Both the position numbers and the translations under genes were made by a program. Shown in pieces: positions 21,629 to 30,366 of a DNA stretch of 63,701 nucleotides (positions are counted from its first letter, which is position 1; every line of letters begins with the position of its first letter). The notes beneath the pieces are model-generated. The model was given only the letters and a program-made list of their open reading frames with translations. It made no database searches and was not told the origin of the DNA. The DNA comes from Candidatus Planktophila sp. (GTDB taxonomy: Bacteria; Actinomycetota; Actinomycetes; Nanopelagicales; Nanopelagicaceae), in the NCBI GenBank assembly GCA_964201645.1, contig CAXNEB010000001.1, positions 1-63,701 of the forward strand, written 5' to 3'.

Positions 21629-21886
21629 TTAGAGGGAGCCGAAACCGACGCGTCGCTCGGTTTGTTCGCCAATTTCTACAAAACCAATTCGATCGGCTGG
21701 CACCATGATGGTACGGCCGCGGACATCTTTTAACACCAGGGGACTTCCAGCGTTAATTGCTGCGCTCACGGCAGCCGAGATTTCAGCTGGGGTGGAAGGG
21801 CTCTCAAAAGCAAGGTCGCTAGTTACATTTACGACAGCGATGCGAACCTCTGATTTTTGGACAGATTCAGTTTTCTTTGTAGCCAT
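21629..21886 (-). CDS. DUF3107 family protein
   Basis: EVRI, L.D.RGR...VPADRIGFVEIG...RRVGF. Confidence 0.88.
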   Translation of the reverse strand: MATKKTESVQKSEVRIAVVNVTSDLAFESPSTPAEISAAVSAAINAGSPLVLKDVRGRTIMVPADRIGFVEIGEQTERRVGFGSL

Positions 21887-21908
21887 GGGGCAATCCTATG
21901 GGATTACT

Positions 21909-22529
21909 TCAGTTGTTGCCTAACGGGAAACCGGAAACCCCGCGCCACATCAAACTTTCGATTAATCGAGCCGCTTGCTCACGCGATAACTTGCTATCTC
22001 GATCAAGCCAATGTCGTGCACCGACTTGAATTGATCCGATAAGCGAAACTCCGAGCAGCATTGATGCCTCTTGCGGCAAGCCAGTCTCGATTGAGATTAC
22101 GGCGCTAATAGCAGCTGCGCAGTCGTAAGTCATGCGATTTAAACGTTCGTGTACAGCCGGTTCGACATTCATATCGCTTTCAAAAAGTAAGCGGAATGCT
22201 TCGCCTTCACTTTCAATAAAATCAAAATAGGCATCTACGGTTGCGCGAACTCGGCCAGCATTTTCGGTATTAGAAGCGATAGCTCTTTGAATCTGGAAAA
22301 CTAGTGAGTCAATATGTAAATCTAGTACCGCCAAATAAAGTTCTAGCTTTGATGGAAAGTGTTGATAGAGAACAGGCTTGCTAACGCCAGCTCGGTCAGC
22401 GATTTCATCCATTGCGGCGCTGTGATAACCCGCGGCAGTAAAGACTTCAAGGGCTGCGGCTAGTAAAAGTGCTCGTCGCTCGTCGCGAGGTAAACGCGGC
22501 TTGTTATCACGTGCATCTGTTGTGCTCAT
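21909..22529 (-). CDS. TetR family transcriptional regulator (Rv3208-like)
   Basis: RLPR.ERR, MDEIADRAGVSKPVLYQHFPSKLELYLA. Confidence 0.93.
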   Translation of the reverse strand: MSTTDARDNKPRLPRDERRALLLAAALEVFTAAGYHSAAMDEIADRAGVSKPVLYQHFPSKLELYLAVLDLHIDSLVFQIQRAIASNTENAGRVRATVDAYFDFIESEGEAFRLLFESDMNVEPAVHERLNRMTYDCAAAISAVISIETGLPQEASMLLGVSLIGSIQVGARHWLDRDSKLSREQAARLIESLMWRGVSGFPLGNN

Positions 22530-22671
22530 TGAGCCAATGTTAGAGGCAAATCTAGGAAATTACACCTCTTGAGTTTTTCGCGAACGTATTGCAATTAGCA
22601 ACCGAGAGTCGTTCTACGGCAGAATAACCCCATAATCGGTTTACCAATTGGGCACTAAAAAGGCGATAGAG

Positions 22672-23853
22672 ATGAAGATTCCACCACTAGTAGAACCTGG
22701 CCGCGCGCTAACTGTTGATGAAGTACGTCGCTATAGCCGCCACTTAATTATCCCGGACCTTGCGATGGCAGGGCAAGCTAGATTAATGAATGCCAAAGTG
22801 CTCTGCGTTGGTGCTGGCGGTTTAGGTTCACCAGCCCTGATGTATTTAGCTGCGGCAGGTGTGGGCACAATTGGAATAGCAGAGTTCGACACAGTTGATG
22901 AATCAAATTTGCAACGTCAAATTATTCATGGCCAATCAGATATTGGTAAGAGCAAAGCAAAGAGTGCTCAGGAAAAAATTTCCGAGATCAACCCTTATGT
23001 AAATGTGGTTTTACATGAAACTCGGCTAGATACTTCAAATGTCATGGAGATCTTCGCGCAGTACGACATCATCGTTGATGGCACTGATAATTTCGCAACC
23101 CGTTACTTAGTAAATGATGCTTGCGTACTTTTAAAGAAACCATATGTATGGGGCTCTATTTATCGTTTTGATGGACAAGCCAGTGTGTTCTGGGCTGAAT
23201 ATGGACCTTGCTATCGCTGCCTATATCCAGAACCACCACCACCCGGAATGGTTCCTAGTTGCGCCGAAGGCGGAGTACTTGGTGTTCTCTGTGCATCAAT
23301 TGGTTCAATCCAAACAACTGAGGCAATTAAAGTTATTACTGGAATCGGCGAGCCACTAATCGGTTCACTGATGATCTATGACGGACTCGAAATGAGTTAT
23401 CGCAAGATTAAAGTTCGTAAAGATCCAAACTGCCCAATTTGTTCAGACCAGCCAACTCAAACGGCTCTTTTGCCTGATTACGAAGCATTCTGTGGAGTTT
23501 TATCTGATGCTGCTGAAGTTGCAGTTAAAGATGCGACCATCACAGTTTCTGAGCTAAAGAAGAAGATAGATAAGAACGAGAATTTCTTCTTAATCGATGT
23601 GCGAGAGCCAAGTGAATTCGAGATCGTACGAATTCCAGGTTCCACCTTAATTCCAAAGCAAGGTTTCCTTGATGGCACAGCACTCACAGATCTGCCACAA
23701 GATAAGCCGATTATTTTGCACTGTAAGTCTGGCGTTCGTTCAGCAGAGTGTCTGGCAATCTTAAAAGGTGCTGGTTTTGCAGACGCCACTCATGTAAGTG
23801 GTGGCGTACTTGCTTGGGCTAAACAAATAGATACTTCACTTCCGGTTTATTAA
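22672..23853 (+). CDS. moeZ: MoeZ/MoeB adenylyltransferase-sulfurtransferase (ThiF + rhodanese)
   Basis: RYSRH, GAGGLG, SNLQRQ, CYRC, PSCAEGG, rhodanese CKSGVRS. Confidence 0.93.
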   Translation: MKIPPLVEPGRALTVDEVRRYSRHLIIPDLAMAGQARLMNAKVLCVGAGGLGSPALMYLAAAGVGTIGIAEFDTVDESNLQRQIIHGQSDIGKSKAKSAQEKISEINPYVNVVLHETRLDTSNVMEIFAQYDIIVDGTDNFATRYLVNDACVLLKKPYVWGSIYRFDGQASVFWAEYGPCYRCLYPEPPPPGMVPSCAEGGVLGVLCASIGSIQTTEAIKVITGIGEPLIGSLMIYDGLEMSYRKIKVRKDPNCPICSDQPTQTALLPDYEAFCGVLSDAAEVAVKDATITVSELKKKIDKNENFFLIDVREPSEFEIVRIPGSTLIPKQGFLDGTALTDLPQDKPIILHCKSGVRSAECLAILKGAGFADATHVSGGVLAWAKQIDTSLPVY

Positions 23854-24722
23854 TGTCTCAGTCATTACAGGGGTACCGCGCACTTCTAGTCCACGCACAT
23901 CCAGATGATGAAACCATTAATAATGGCGCAACGATGGCTATGTATGCAGCCCTCGGAGCTCAAGTAACTTTAGTTACCTGCACGCGCGGTGAAGAGGGTG
24001 AAGTTTTAGTGCCAGATCTGGCACATTTCGCTGCTCACGAAACCGACCAATTAGGTGATCATCGTGTTCTTGAATTAGCTGCTGCTATGAAAGCACTGGG
24101 CATAACCGATCATCGATTCCTAGGTGATGACAAAGTTAAGTTTCGCGATAGCGGAATGATGGGTACCGAGCCCAATAATCGGCCTGATTGTTTTTGGCAG
24201 GCTGACCTTGATTCGGCTGCAAACTTATTGGTCAAGATAATTCATGAAGTAAAACCACATATCTTGATCACCTACGATGAAATTGGCGGATATGGCCACC
24301 CAGACCACATCCAGGCTCATAGAGTTGCAATGCGGGCAGCTGAACTTGCAACCGAGTGGGAAATTTCCAAGATTTATTGGAATGCCACACCAAAATCCGT
24401 ATTGGCTGATGGCATAGCAGCCATGAAGGAAGTTGGCTCCTCTTTCTTTGGTGCTGAAGACGTAGATGATCTGCCCTTTGCCAAAGCCGATGAATTAGTA
24501 ACTGCAGTTGTAGATGCCAATGGCTATGTTGATGCAAAAATGGTTGCGATGGCGGCACATGCAACTCAAATTGAATTAGATGGTCCATTCTTTGCGCTCT
24601 CAAATCAATTAGGGCTACAAGTTTGGGGTCACGAGTACTACTCCCTTGTCAAAGGCGAAGCTCACGCACCATTTAATAGCGATGGTCGCGAAACAGATTT
24701 ATTTGCGGGAATAGTTTTATAG
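23853..24722 (+). CDS. mshB: GlcNAc-Ins deacetylase (mycothiol biosynthesis)
   Basis: [43 protein letters not shown]. Confidence 0.9.
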   Translation: MSQSLQGYRALLVHAHPDDETINNGATMAMYAALGAQVTLVTCTRGEEGEVLVPDLAHFAAHETDQLGDHRVLELAAAMKALGITDHRFLGDDKVKFRDSGMMGTEPNNRPDCFWQADLDSAANLLVKIIHEVKPHILITYDEIGGYGHPDHIQAHRVAMRAAELATEWEISKIYWNATPKSVLADGIAAMKEVGSSFFGAEDVDDLPFAKADELVTAVVDANGYVDAKMVAMAAHATQIELDGPFFALSNQLGLQVWGHEYYSLVKGEAHAPFNSDGRETDLFAGIVL

Positions 24723-24725
24723 CCA

Positions 24726-25037
24726 ATGAAGTTTTTTTATGCCGCATTAGTTGGCGCCCTACTTGGCGCTAGCGCTACTTTGCTGCATTTGTGGCTATTC
24801 CCGCTCGGATTGATTCTCGGATTAATGGCTAACGTAATTGGAATCTGGGCTATTGGGCGGGTCTGGCGATTACAGAGATATAAATTTGTAGCGGCAGTTG
24901 CTTGGTTAGTCGTAGTAGTTCAAGGTGCAACCGTAGGTGTGGGCGGTGAGTTGTTAATTCAAGGTGACTTGGCTGGGTCACTAGTTCTCTTGCTCGGAAC
25001 TTTCTCACTACTGCTTGCTATTTTCTTGCCAATCTAG
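24726..25037 (+). CDS. small membrane protein (DUF6113-like, usual mshB neighbour)
   Basis: 4 hydrophobic segments, GGELLI motif, position after mshB. Confidence 0.65.
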   Translation: MKFFYAALVGALLGASATLLHLWLFPLGLILGLMANVIGIWAIGRVWRLQRYKFVAAVAWLVVVVQGATVGVGGELLIQGDLAGSLVLLLGTFSLLLAIFLPI

Positions 25038-26392
25038 CGATATTCCCATTCCTGTCCATCGGCAGTGTCATTAATTATTAGGCCGGCGATTTCTAGCTCT
25101 ACGCGCAAGCGATCGCTTTCGCTCCAATTCTTTGCACTGCGTGCAACTTCGCGGTCGGTCAGCAAGCGCGCCAATTCAGCAGGCAATTCAGCTACGACTA
25201 GCTCTCGCCCTAAATCAAGAGCTAAAACTCGATCGGCAAATGAAAATATCTCAGCCTTTTCAGCGTTAGATAAGTTGGCGTCTTTCTCGACACTGCGCAA
25301 ACGTTGAATTACACGTGGAGTATCTAAATCATTGTTTAAGGCTTCCAGCGTTGGCGGGTCAGGTTGGTAATTAGTTGCCTTGCCCAAACCGCTGCGGCGC
25401 CACCTCTTGAGTGTGGCATTTGCAGCAGCTATTGAATCCCATGTTAAATCCATCTGCGATCGGTAACGATTCTCAAGCAAACATAATCTCAGCGAGAGTG
25501 GGTCATAGCCACGTTCGACCAGATCCGATAGCAAAACCACATTTTCGCTGCTCTTGGCCATTTTGCGACCTTCAAAAAGTAAATGTTCGCCATGTACCCA
25601 AAGCTTTACTGACTCGATTCCGGTAACGCAATTAGTTTGGGCGCGCTCATTCTCATGATGCGGGAAACGAAGATCAATTCCGCCAACGTGAATATCAATT
25701 TCTTCGCCGAGTAAATCAAGTGACATTGCCGAGCACTCGATATGCCAGCCTGGAAAACCGCTACCCCAAGGAGAATCCCAAACCATCTCAGTGCGTTCGC
25801 CAGCTGCTTTCCAAAGTGCCCAATCGGCATGGAAACGTTTTCCACCTTCATCTGTGTATTCATAGCGGTGACCAGGTTTCAAATCCTGCAATCGATTACC
25901 GCTAATTGCGCCGTAACTAGCAAAACTTTCAGCGGCAAAATAAACCGAATTATCAGTGCCGACATATGCATGGTTAAGTTCTATCAACTTAGCAATTAGA
26001 TCATGCATCAGTTCAATGGACTCACTTGCGCGAGGGTAGCTACGAGCCGGATTGATGTTTAAGAGAGCTAGATCAGCATGGAAATTTGCTTCGTATTTGC
26101 GAGCAATTTCAAACGGATCAATCTCCTCTAACTTTGCTTGAGCGAGCATTTTATCTTGTGGGTTAACGTCTTCAGCCATGTGTCCAACGTCGGTTATGTT
26201 CTGCACCAAATTTACGGTCTTGCCTTGTATTTCTAGAGTTCGGCGGATTAAGTCTGATAAGAGAAAAGTCCGCAGATTTCCAACGTGAGCATCACGGTAG
26301 ACAGTAGGACCACAGCAGTAAATTGTTACTTCATCTGCAGCGCTAACCACTTCTTTTGTGGCGCGACTCTGGGTGTCATAAATTTTAAGCAT
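25034..26392 (-). CDS. cysS: cysteine--tRNA ligase
   Basis: CGPTVY, HVGN, NITDVGH, PGWHIECS, FPHHENE, KMAKS; C-terminal anticodon-binding helix bundle. Confidence 0.92.
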   Translation of the reverse strand: MLKIYDTQSRATKEVVSAADEVTIYCCGPTVYRDAHVGNLRTFLLSDLIRRTLEIQGKTVNLVQNITDVGHMAEDVNPQDKMLAQAKLEEIDPFEIARKYEANFHADLALLNINPARSYPRASESIELMHDLIAKLIELNHAYVGTDNSVYFAAESFASYGAISGNRLQDLKPGHRYEYTDEGGKRFHADWALWKAAGERTEMVWDSPWGSGFPGWHIECSAMSLDLLGEEIDIHVGGIDLRFPHHENERAQTNCVTGIESVKLWVHGEHLLFEGRKMAKSSENVVLLSDLVERGYDPLSLRLCLLENRYRSQMDLTWDSIAAANATLKRWRRSGLGKATNYQPDPPTLEALNNDLDTPRVIQRLRSVEKDANLSNAEKAEIFSFADRVLALDLGRELVVAELPAELARLLTDREVARSAKNWSESDRLRVELEIAGLIINDTADGQEWEYR

Positions 26393-26393
26393 A

Positions 26394-27338
26394 TTAACTT
26401 AACACCAAAAATGAGTATTCATGATGAAAATTAAAGCCTAAAGATTCATAAATCCCAATAGCGGTTGCATTACTTGCATCAACCTGCAGCACTGCTTTGG
26501 CAGCTCCTTGTTCAAAGCTAGCTTCAAGCGCGGCCGCCACTATAGCTTTTGCTAAACCTTGCCCGCGAAAATCTGGATGAACATACACTCGAGTTATCGA
26601 AGACCAACCGTTGGCCAATGCAAAACGGCAGGTGGCTATCGCCTGACCACTCTTAACTACAGTTAAATAAGTTGCTGCACACCTCGACATTATTTTTTCA
26701 ATTCCTGGTGCTGGTTGAACTGCTAACCACTCATCATTAGGTTGATTTGATTGCATAATTTCAAATTCGGCTGGAACAATCTGGTTAGATGAGGTTATGT
26801 CGGCCACCATTGTGTTGCCGCATAATGTTTCAACTGCGCCAATTGATCGCAATTTATCGGATAGAACTTGCCAGCTGGGAAGGGCCACTTGGAAAATTGT
26901 CGGCAACTTTCGCGCTTTATAAAATTCTTGGGCTACGGCAAGTTTTTTATCAAAGTCCGTTAGCGCTCCAACTTCGAGATTTGCTTCAAGTGGTAGAACT
27001 GAATTGGCACGGTTCGTTACACCATTTGCTGCTCGCATTAGCCAACCAGAGTTTTCTAATTCTTCGGTTGCCGGCCAAGTTAGATTGCAGATTTGATCCA
27101 GTTCAAGCACGCGCAGGGTCAGGGGAGCACCTTTGCCAGCCAAAGTCGGGCGTTCGACTATTTCGCGCCAAACAAAGATCTGTTCCGGATCAAAGGAAAT
27201 TTCTTGGCCTTTGCGATTAATCAAGCTAGTCGCAGTTTTCAAGTGACCTACAACATCTCGATAGCCACCTGCTGGGTCATGCAATCTAATTGAAAACCGT
27301 TGACCGATGCGCTCAAGCGGGAGCGGCTGGGTTTCCAT
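26394..27338 (-). CDS. GNAT acetyltransferase (Rv0428c-like)
   Basis: GQRFSIR..DVVG.L N-domain, GW..RA..GVT.RANS, VHPDFRGQGLA, LQV..N..AI..Y..LGF. Confidence 0.85.
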   Translation of the reverse strand: METQPLPLERIGQRFSIRLHDPAGGYRDVVGHLKTATSLINRKGQEISFDPEQIFVWREIVERPTLAGKGAPLTLRVLELDQICNLTWPATEELENSGWLMRAANGVTNRANSVLPLEANLEVGALTDFDKKLAVAQEFYKARKLPTIFQVALPSWQVLSDKLRSIGAVETLCGNTMVADITSSNQIVPAEFEIMQSNQPNDEWLAVQPAPGIEKIMSRCAATYLTVVKSGQAIATCRFALANGWSSITRVYVHPDFRGQGLAKAIVAAALEASFEQGAAKAVLQVDASNATAIGIYESLGFNFHHEYSFLVLS

Positions 27339-27373
27339 GGCTTAACGATAATCGTCTAAGCAAAAAATGCCTC

Positions 27374-27395
27374 TCCAAAAGGAGTCCAAAAGGAG
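27374..27395. repeat. 11-bp tandem direct repeat (TCCAAAAGGAG x2)
   Basis: exact copies at 27374-27384 and 27385-27395; degenerate copy GCTAAAAGGCG at 27413-27423. Confidence 0.8.
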
Positions 27396-27483
27396 TTATT
27401 GGAACCGCGGTTGCTAAAAGGCGACTCAAACCTCGGCAGGTATTACAATTCTGCGCAGTAGCTACCCAGATGGAGGAATCTTC

Positions 27484-27804
27484 GTGACTTACATTATTGC
27501 CGAACCTTGTGTTGATGTTAAAGATAAGTCTTGCATCGAAGAGTGCCCGGTTGATTGCATCTACGAAGGTTCTCGAATGCTTTATATCCAACCAGATGAG
27601 TGCGTTGATTGTGGTGCCTGCGAACCAGTTTGCCCAGTTGAAGCCATCTACTACGAAGATGATGTGCCAGCGAAGTGGCAAGAGTTCGGCAAGATCAATA
27701 CTGAATTCTTCCTGGAGATTGGTTCACCTGGCGGCGCTAGCAAAGTAGGGCATACCAACTCTGATCACACCACAGTGGTCGCTCTGCCAGCAAAGCCTGA
27801 ATAG
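27484..27804 (+). CDS. fdxA: 7Fe ([3Fe-4S][4Fe-4S]) ferredoxin
   Basis: TYIIAEPCVDVKDKSCIEECPVDCIY, CVDCGACEPVCP; SD GGAGG. Confidence 0.96.
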   Translation: MTYIIAEPCVDVKDKSCIEECPVDCIYEGSRMLYIQPDECVDCGACEPVCPVEAIYYEDDVPAKWQEFGKINTEFFLEIGSPGGASKVGHTNSDHTTVVALPAKPE

Positions 27805-27816
27805 AAAAGTTTTCCA

Positions 27817-28887
27817 CTGAAGCTGCCAGATTTCCCATGGGATGCACTTGCTCCCTACGGTGAAATCGCGCGTGCGCACCCTGGTGGCATCATCGATTTA
27901 TCACAAGGTACCCCGGTAGATCCGACGCCCGAGTTTATTCAAGTTGTTCTGCAGGAAAGTTCTAATTCGCCAAGCTATCCGGTAACTGCTGGTACGCCAG
28001 AACTTCGCGCTGCGATTACTAACTGGGCAAAAAATAAATTAAAGGCGACTGGTGATTTTGATGTGTTGCCACTAATTGGTTCCAAAGAGTTAGTTGCTTG
28101 GCTGCCTACGCTTTTGCAATCAAAGTCGGTTAACTTTCCAGAAATCGCATATCCAACCTACCGAGTTGGTGCGATCCTGGCCGGTGCTGCCGAGGCGGCA
28201 GTTGCCATCAGCCCAGAGCATTGGCCACAAGCAGATTTAACTTGGGTGAATTCACCTGCTAATCCAACTGGTCGAGTGCATAGTGATCAAGAGTATTTAG
28301 CGGCAATCAAATGGGCGCGTGCTAATAATTCGATCTTGGTCTCCGATGAGTGTTATCTAGAATTTGGTGACACCGCTGTTCCTACTTCTATTCTGCAATA
28401 CACAAACGGCGACAATCACAACATTTTGGCAGTCCACTCACTTTCCAAGAGATCCTCAATGGCTGGATACCGGGGCGCCTTTTTGATTGGCGATAAAGAT
28501 TTAATTGCTCGCATCCGTGAAGTTCGCAAACACGCAGGCATGATGGTGCCGCTGCCAATTCAAAAAGCAATGACGATTGCCTTAGACGATGAAACTCATG
28601 TTGCCGAACAGCGAGCACGCTATAACGCTCGCCGGGCAAAATTAGCGCCAGCCCTTAAAGCAGCTGGTTTTGAAATCGAATTTTCAGATGCTGGCCTTTA
28701 TATCTGGTGCACTCGCAAGGAAAGCGATTGGGATTCAGTTTCTTGGCTCGCTAACTTAGGAATTCTGGCCACACCCGGAAACTTCTATGGCCCGCTAGGA
28801 CAATCACATATTCGCGTTGCTATGACGGCATCGGATCTTCAGATAGCTGAGGCTGCTGCTCGAATTATCTCAGCCACACGAGGTTAA
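27817..28887 (+). CDS. dapC: N-succinyldiaminopimelate aminotransferase; N-terminus extends upstream of the ORF-track start, probable CTG start
   Basis: frame open from 27805 encodes LPDFPWD..IIDLSQGTPVDPTP..YP.TAG; then GSKELVAWLP, NSPANPTG, SDECY, SLSKRS; fdxA-dapC synteny. Confidence 0.9.
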   Translation: MKLPDFPWDALAPYGEIARAHPGGIIDLSQGTPVDPTPEFIQVVLQESSNSPSYPVTAGTPELRAAITNWAKNKLKATGDFDVLPLIGSKELVAWLPTLLQSKSVNFPEIAYPTYRVGAILAGAAEAAVAISPEHWPQADLTWVNSPANPTGRVHSDQEYLAAIKWARANNSILVSDECYLEFGDTAVPTSILQYTNGDNHNILAVHSLSKRSSMAGYRGAFLIGDKDLIARIREVRKHAGMMVPLPIQKAMTIALDDETHVAEQRARYNARRAKLAPALKAAGFEIEFSDAGLYIWCTRKESDWDSVSWLANLGILATPGNFYGPLGQSHIRVAMTASDLQIAEAAARIISATRG

Positions 28888-28889
28888 CG

Positions 28890-29861
28890 ATGACTGTCGG
28901 AATTCTTCTAGTTGGTGGCTTTGGCACTCGACTAGCACCACTTACAAATGTAACCCCAAAGCCAATGTTGCCTATCGCTAATCTGCCAGTGACTGAACAC
29001 CAGTTACTTGTTGCCAAAGCTGCTGGCATCACCAAAGTAGTGCTAGCAACTGCTTATCTAGCAGATACTTTTACGCCATATTTTGGCGATGGCTCAAAGT
29101 GGGGGATAGAACTTAAGTACGCGTTAGAAACCGAACCACTCGGAACTGGTGGCGCAATTCGAAATGCCGCCGAGTTAATTTTCTCAGAAATTTCAGAAAA
29201 CGAACCGATTGTGGTTTTTAACGGTGACGTTCTTAGTCGTCATGATTTGGCTGCGCAAATTAAATTACATCAGAGTTCATCGGCGGCAGTCACCTTGCAC
29301 TTAGTAAGCGTTGAAGATGCTCGGCCGTACGGTTGCGTGCCATTTGACGGAAGTGGCCAAGTGACTGATTTTCTGGAAAAAATGGATAACCCAATTACAA
29401 ATACGATAAATGCTGGTTGCTATGTGTTTAGCCCACAAGTGATCCAAGAAATAGAACTGGGTAAAGTTGTAAGTGTTGAACGCGAGGTATTTCCTGATTT
29501 ACTAAAGCGCGGAAAAGTTGTGCAAGCTTTTGTAGATGATTCATATTGGCTAGATATGGGTACGCCAAAAGCTTTACTTAAAGGTTCGCAAGATTATGTT
29601 GGAAATCGCGATTTCATTGTTGGCGAAAATTCAAAGATATCTGCGAGTGCAAAAATTACTGGCGGCACTGCCATCGGAAACAATGTAACTATCGGGGCAA
29701 ATGTAGAAATTACTTCCTCAATTGTTAGAGATGGTGTAACGATTTCTGAGAACTGTGTATTAGAAAATGTTTTTGTTGAATCAAATACAACTGTCGCAGA
29801 AAAGACCAAAGCCAAAGGCGCATATTTGGCTGACGGTGAAATCACGGCGTTGAAACTCTGA
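28890..29861 (+). CDS. NDP-sugar pyrophosphorylase (mannose-1-phosphate guanylyltransferase-like)
   Basis: LVGGFGTRLAPLT..PKPML, EPLGTGGAI, NGD, INAGCY, WLDMGTP; short left-handed beta-helix. Confidence 0.88.
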   Translation: MTVGILLVGGFGTRLAPLTNVTPKPMLPIANLPVTEHQLLVAKAAGITKVVLATAYLADTFTPYFGDGSKWGIELKYALETEPLGTGGAIRNAAELIFSEISENEPIVVFNGDVLSRHDLAAQIKLHQSSSAAVTLHLVSVEDARPYGCVPFDGSGQVTDFLEKMDNPITNTINAGCYVFSPQVIQEIELGKVVSVEREVFPDLLKRGKVVQAFVDDSYWLDMGTPKALLKGSQDYVGNRDFIVGENSKISASAKITGGTAIGNNVTIGANVEITSSIVRDGVTISENCVLENVFVESNTTVAEKTKAKGAYLADGEITALKL

Positions 29862-29933
29862 GAACCCTCAACTACAACTTTAGTTTTTACGCTTAGTTCA
29901 AGTCCTATTTGCCCTTTTTAGGCCTGGTTGGGC

Positions 29934-29962
29934 TTGACTTAACTGACTTACACGCGTGTAAT
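29934..29962 (+). promoter_or_regulatory. whiB2 promoter with overlapping 14-bp palindrome
   Basis: TTGACT(29934-39)-N17-TGTAAT(29957-62); palindrome TTACACGCGTGTAA at 29948-29961. Confidence 0.55.
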
Positions 29963-30023
29963 TCACCTAAGAGAAGGCCGCATGCCGTCAGGGCAGGGCC
30001 ACTATTTATGTGGAGAGTTATTA

Positions 30024-30314
30024 ATGCCGATTCGTCCAGCGCAAAACCCTTCCTCCTCAGGTCCCGTAATTCAACTAGCCAGTGGCGAGAGCGTTGAGCT
30101 TTCCTGGCAAGAACGTGCACTTTGTGCACAAACCGATCCCGAAGCATTTTTTCCCGAAAAGGGCGGATCTACTCGCGAAGCAAAACGAGTATGTCTTTCC
30201 TGCGATGTTCGCTCTGAATGTCTTGAATACGCTTTAGCACACGATGAGCGATTCGGAATTTGGGGCGGCCTCTCTGAACGAGAGCGACGTCGACTTAAGC
30301 GTCGACCTGCTTAA
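30024..30314 (+). CDS. whiB2: WhiB family regulator WhiB2/WhmD
   Basis: WQERALCAQTDPEAFFPEKGGSTREAKRVC..C.V..EC, GIWGGLSERERR; ATG 30024 after GGAG (alternative 29982). Confidence 0.93.
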   Translation: MPIRPAQNPSSSGPVIQLASGESVELSWQERALCAQTDPEAFFPEKGGSTREAKRVCLSCDVRSECLEYALAHDERFGIWGGLSERERRRLKRRPA

Positions 30315-30332
30315 TCGATTTATTTCGATTAA
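30311..30332. terminator. AT-rich inverted repeat at the whiB2 stop (possible weak terminator)
   Basis: TTAATCGA-tttatt-TCGATTAA. Confidence 0.3.
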
Positions 30333-30366
30333 TTAGGAAACCAATAAAGAAACGCCACCACTAATT

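Noticed and set aside
23853-27338. mshB + CysRS-like + GNAT read as a mycothiol (mshB-mshC-mshD) cluster
   Set aside because: The ligase has CGPTVY/HVGN and a C-terminal anticodon-binding domain (true CysRS; MshC has CGITPY and lacks that domain). The GNAT resembles Rv0428c rather than MshD.
27313-27681. 122-aa antisense ORF over fdxA
   Set aside because: Shadow frame of a highly conserved gene; no start signals or recognisable motifs.
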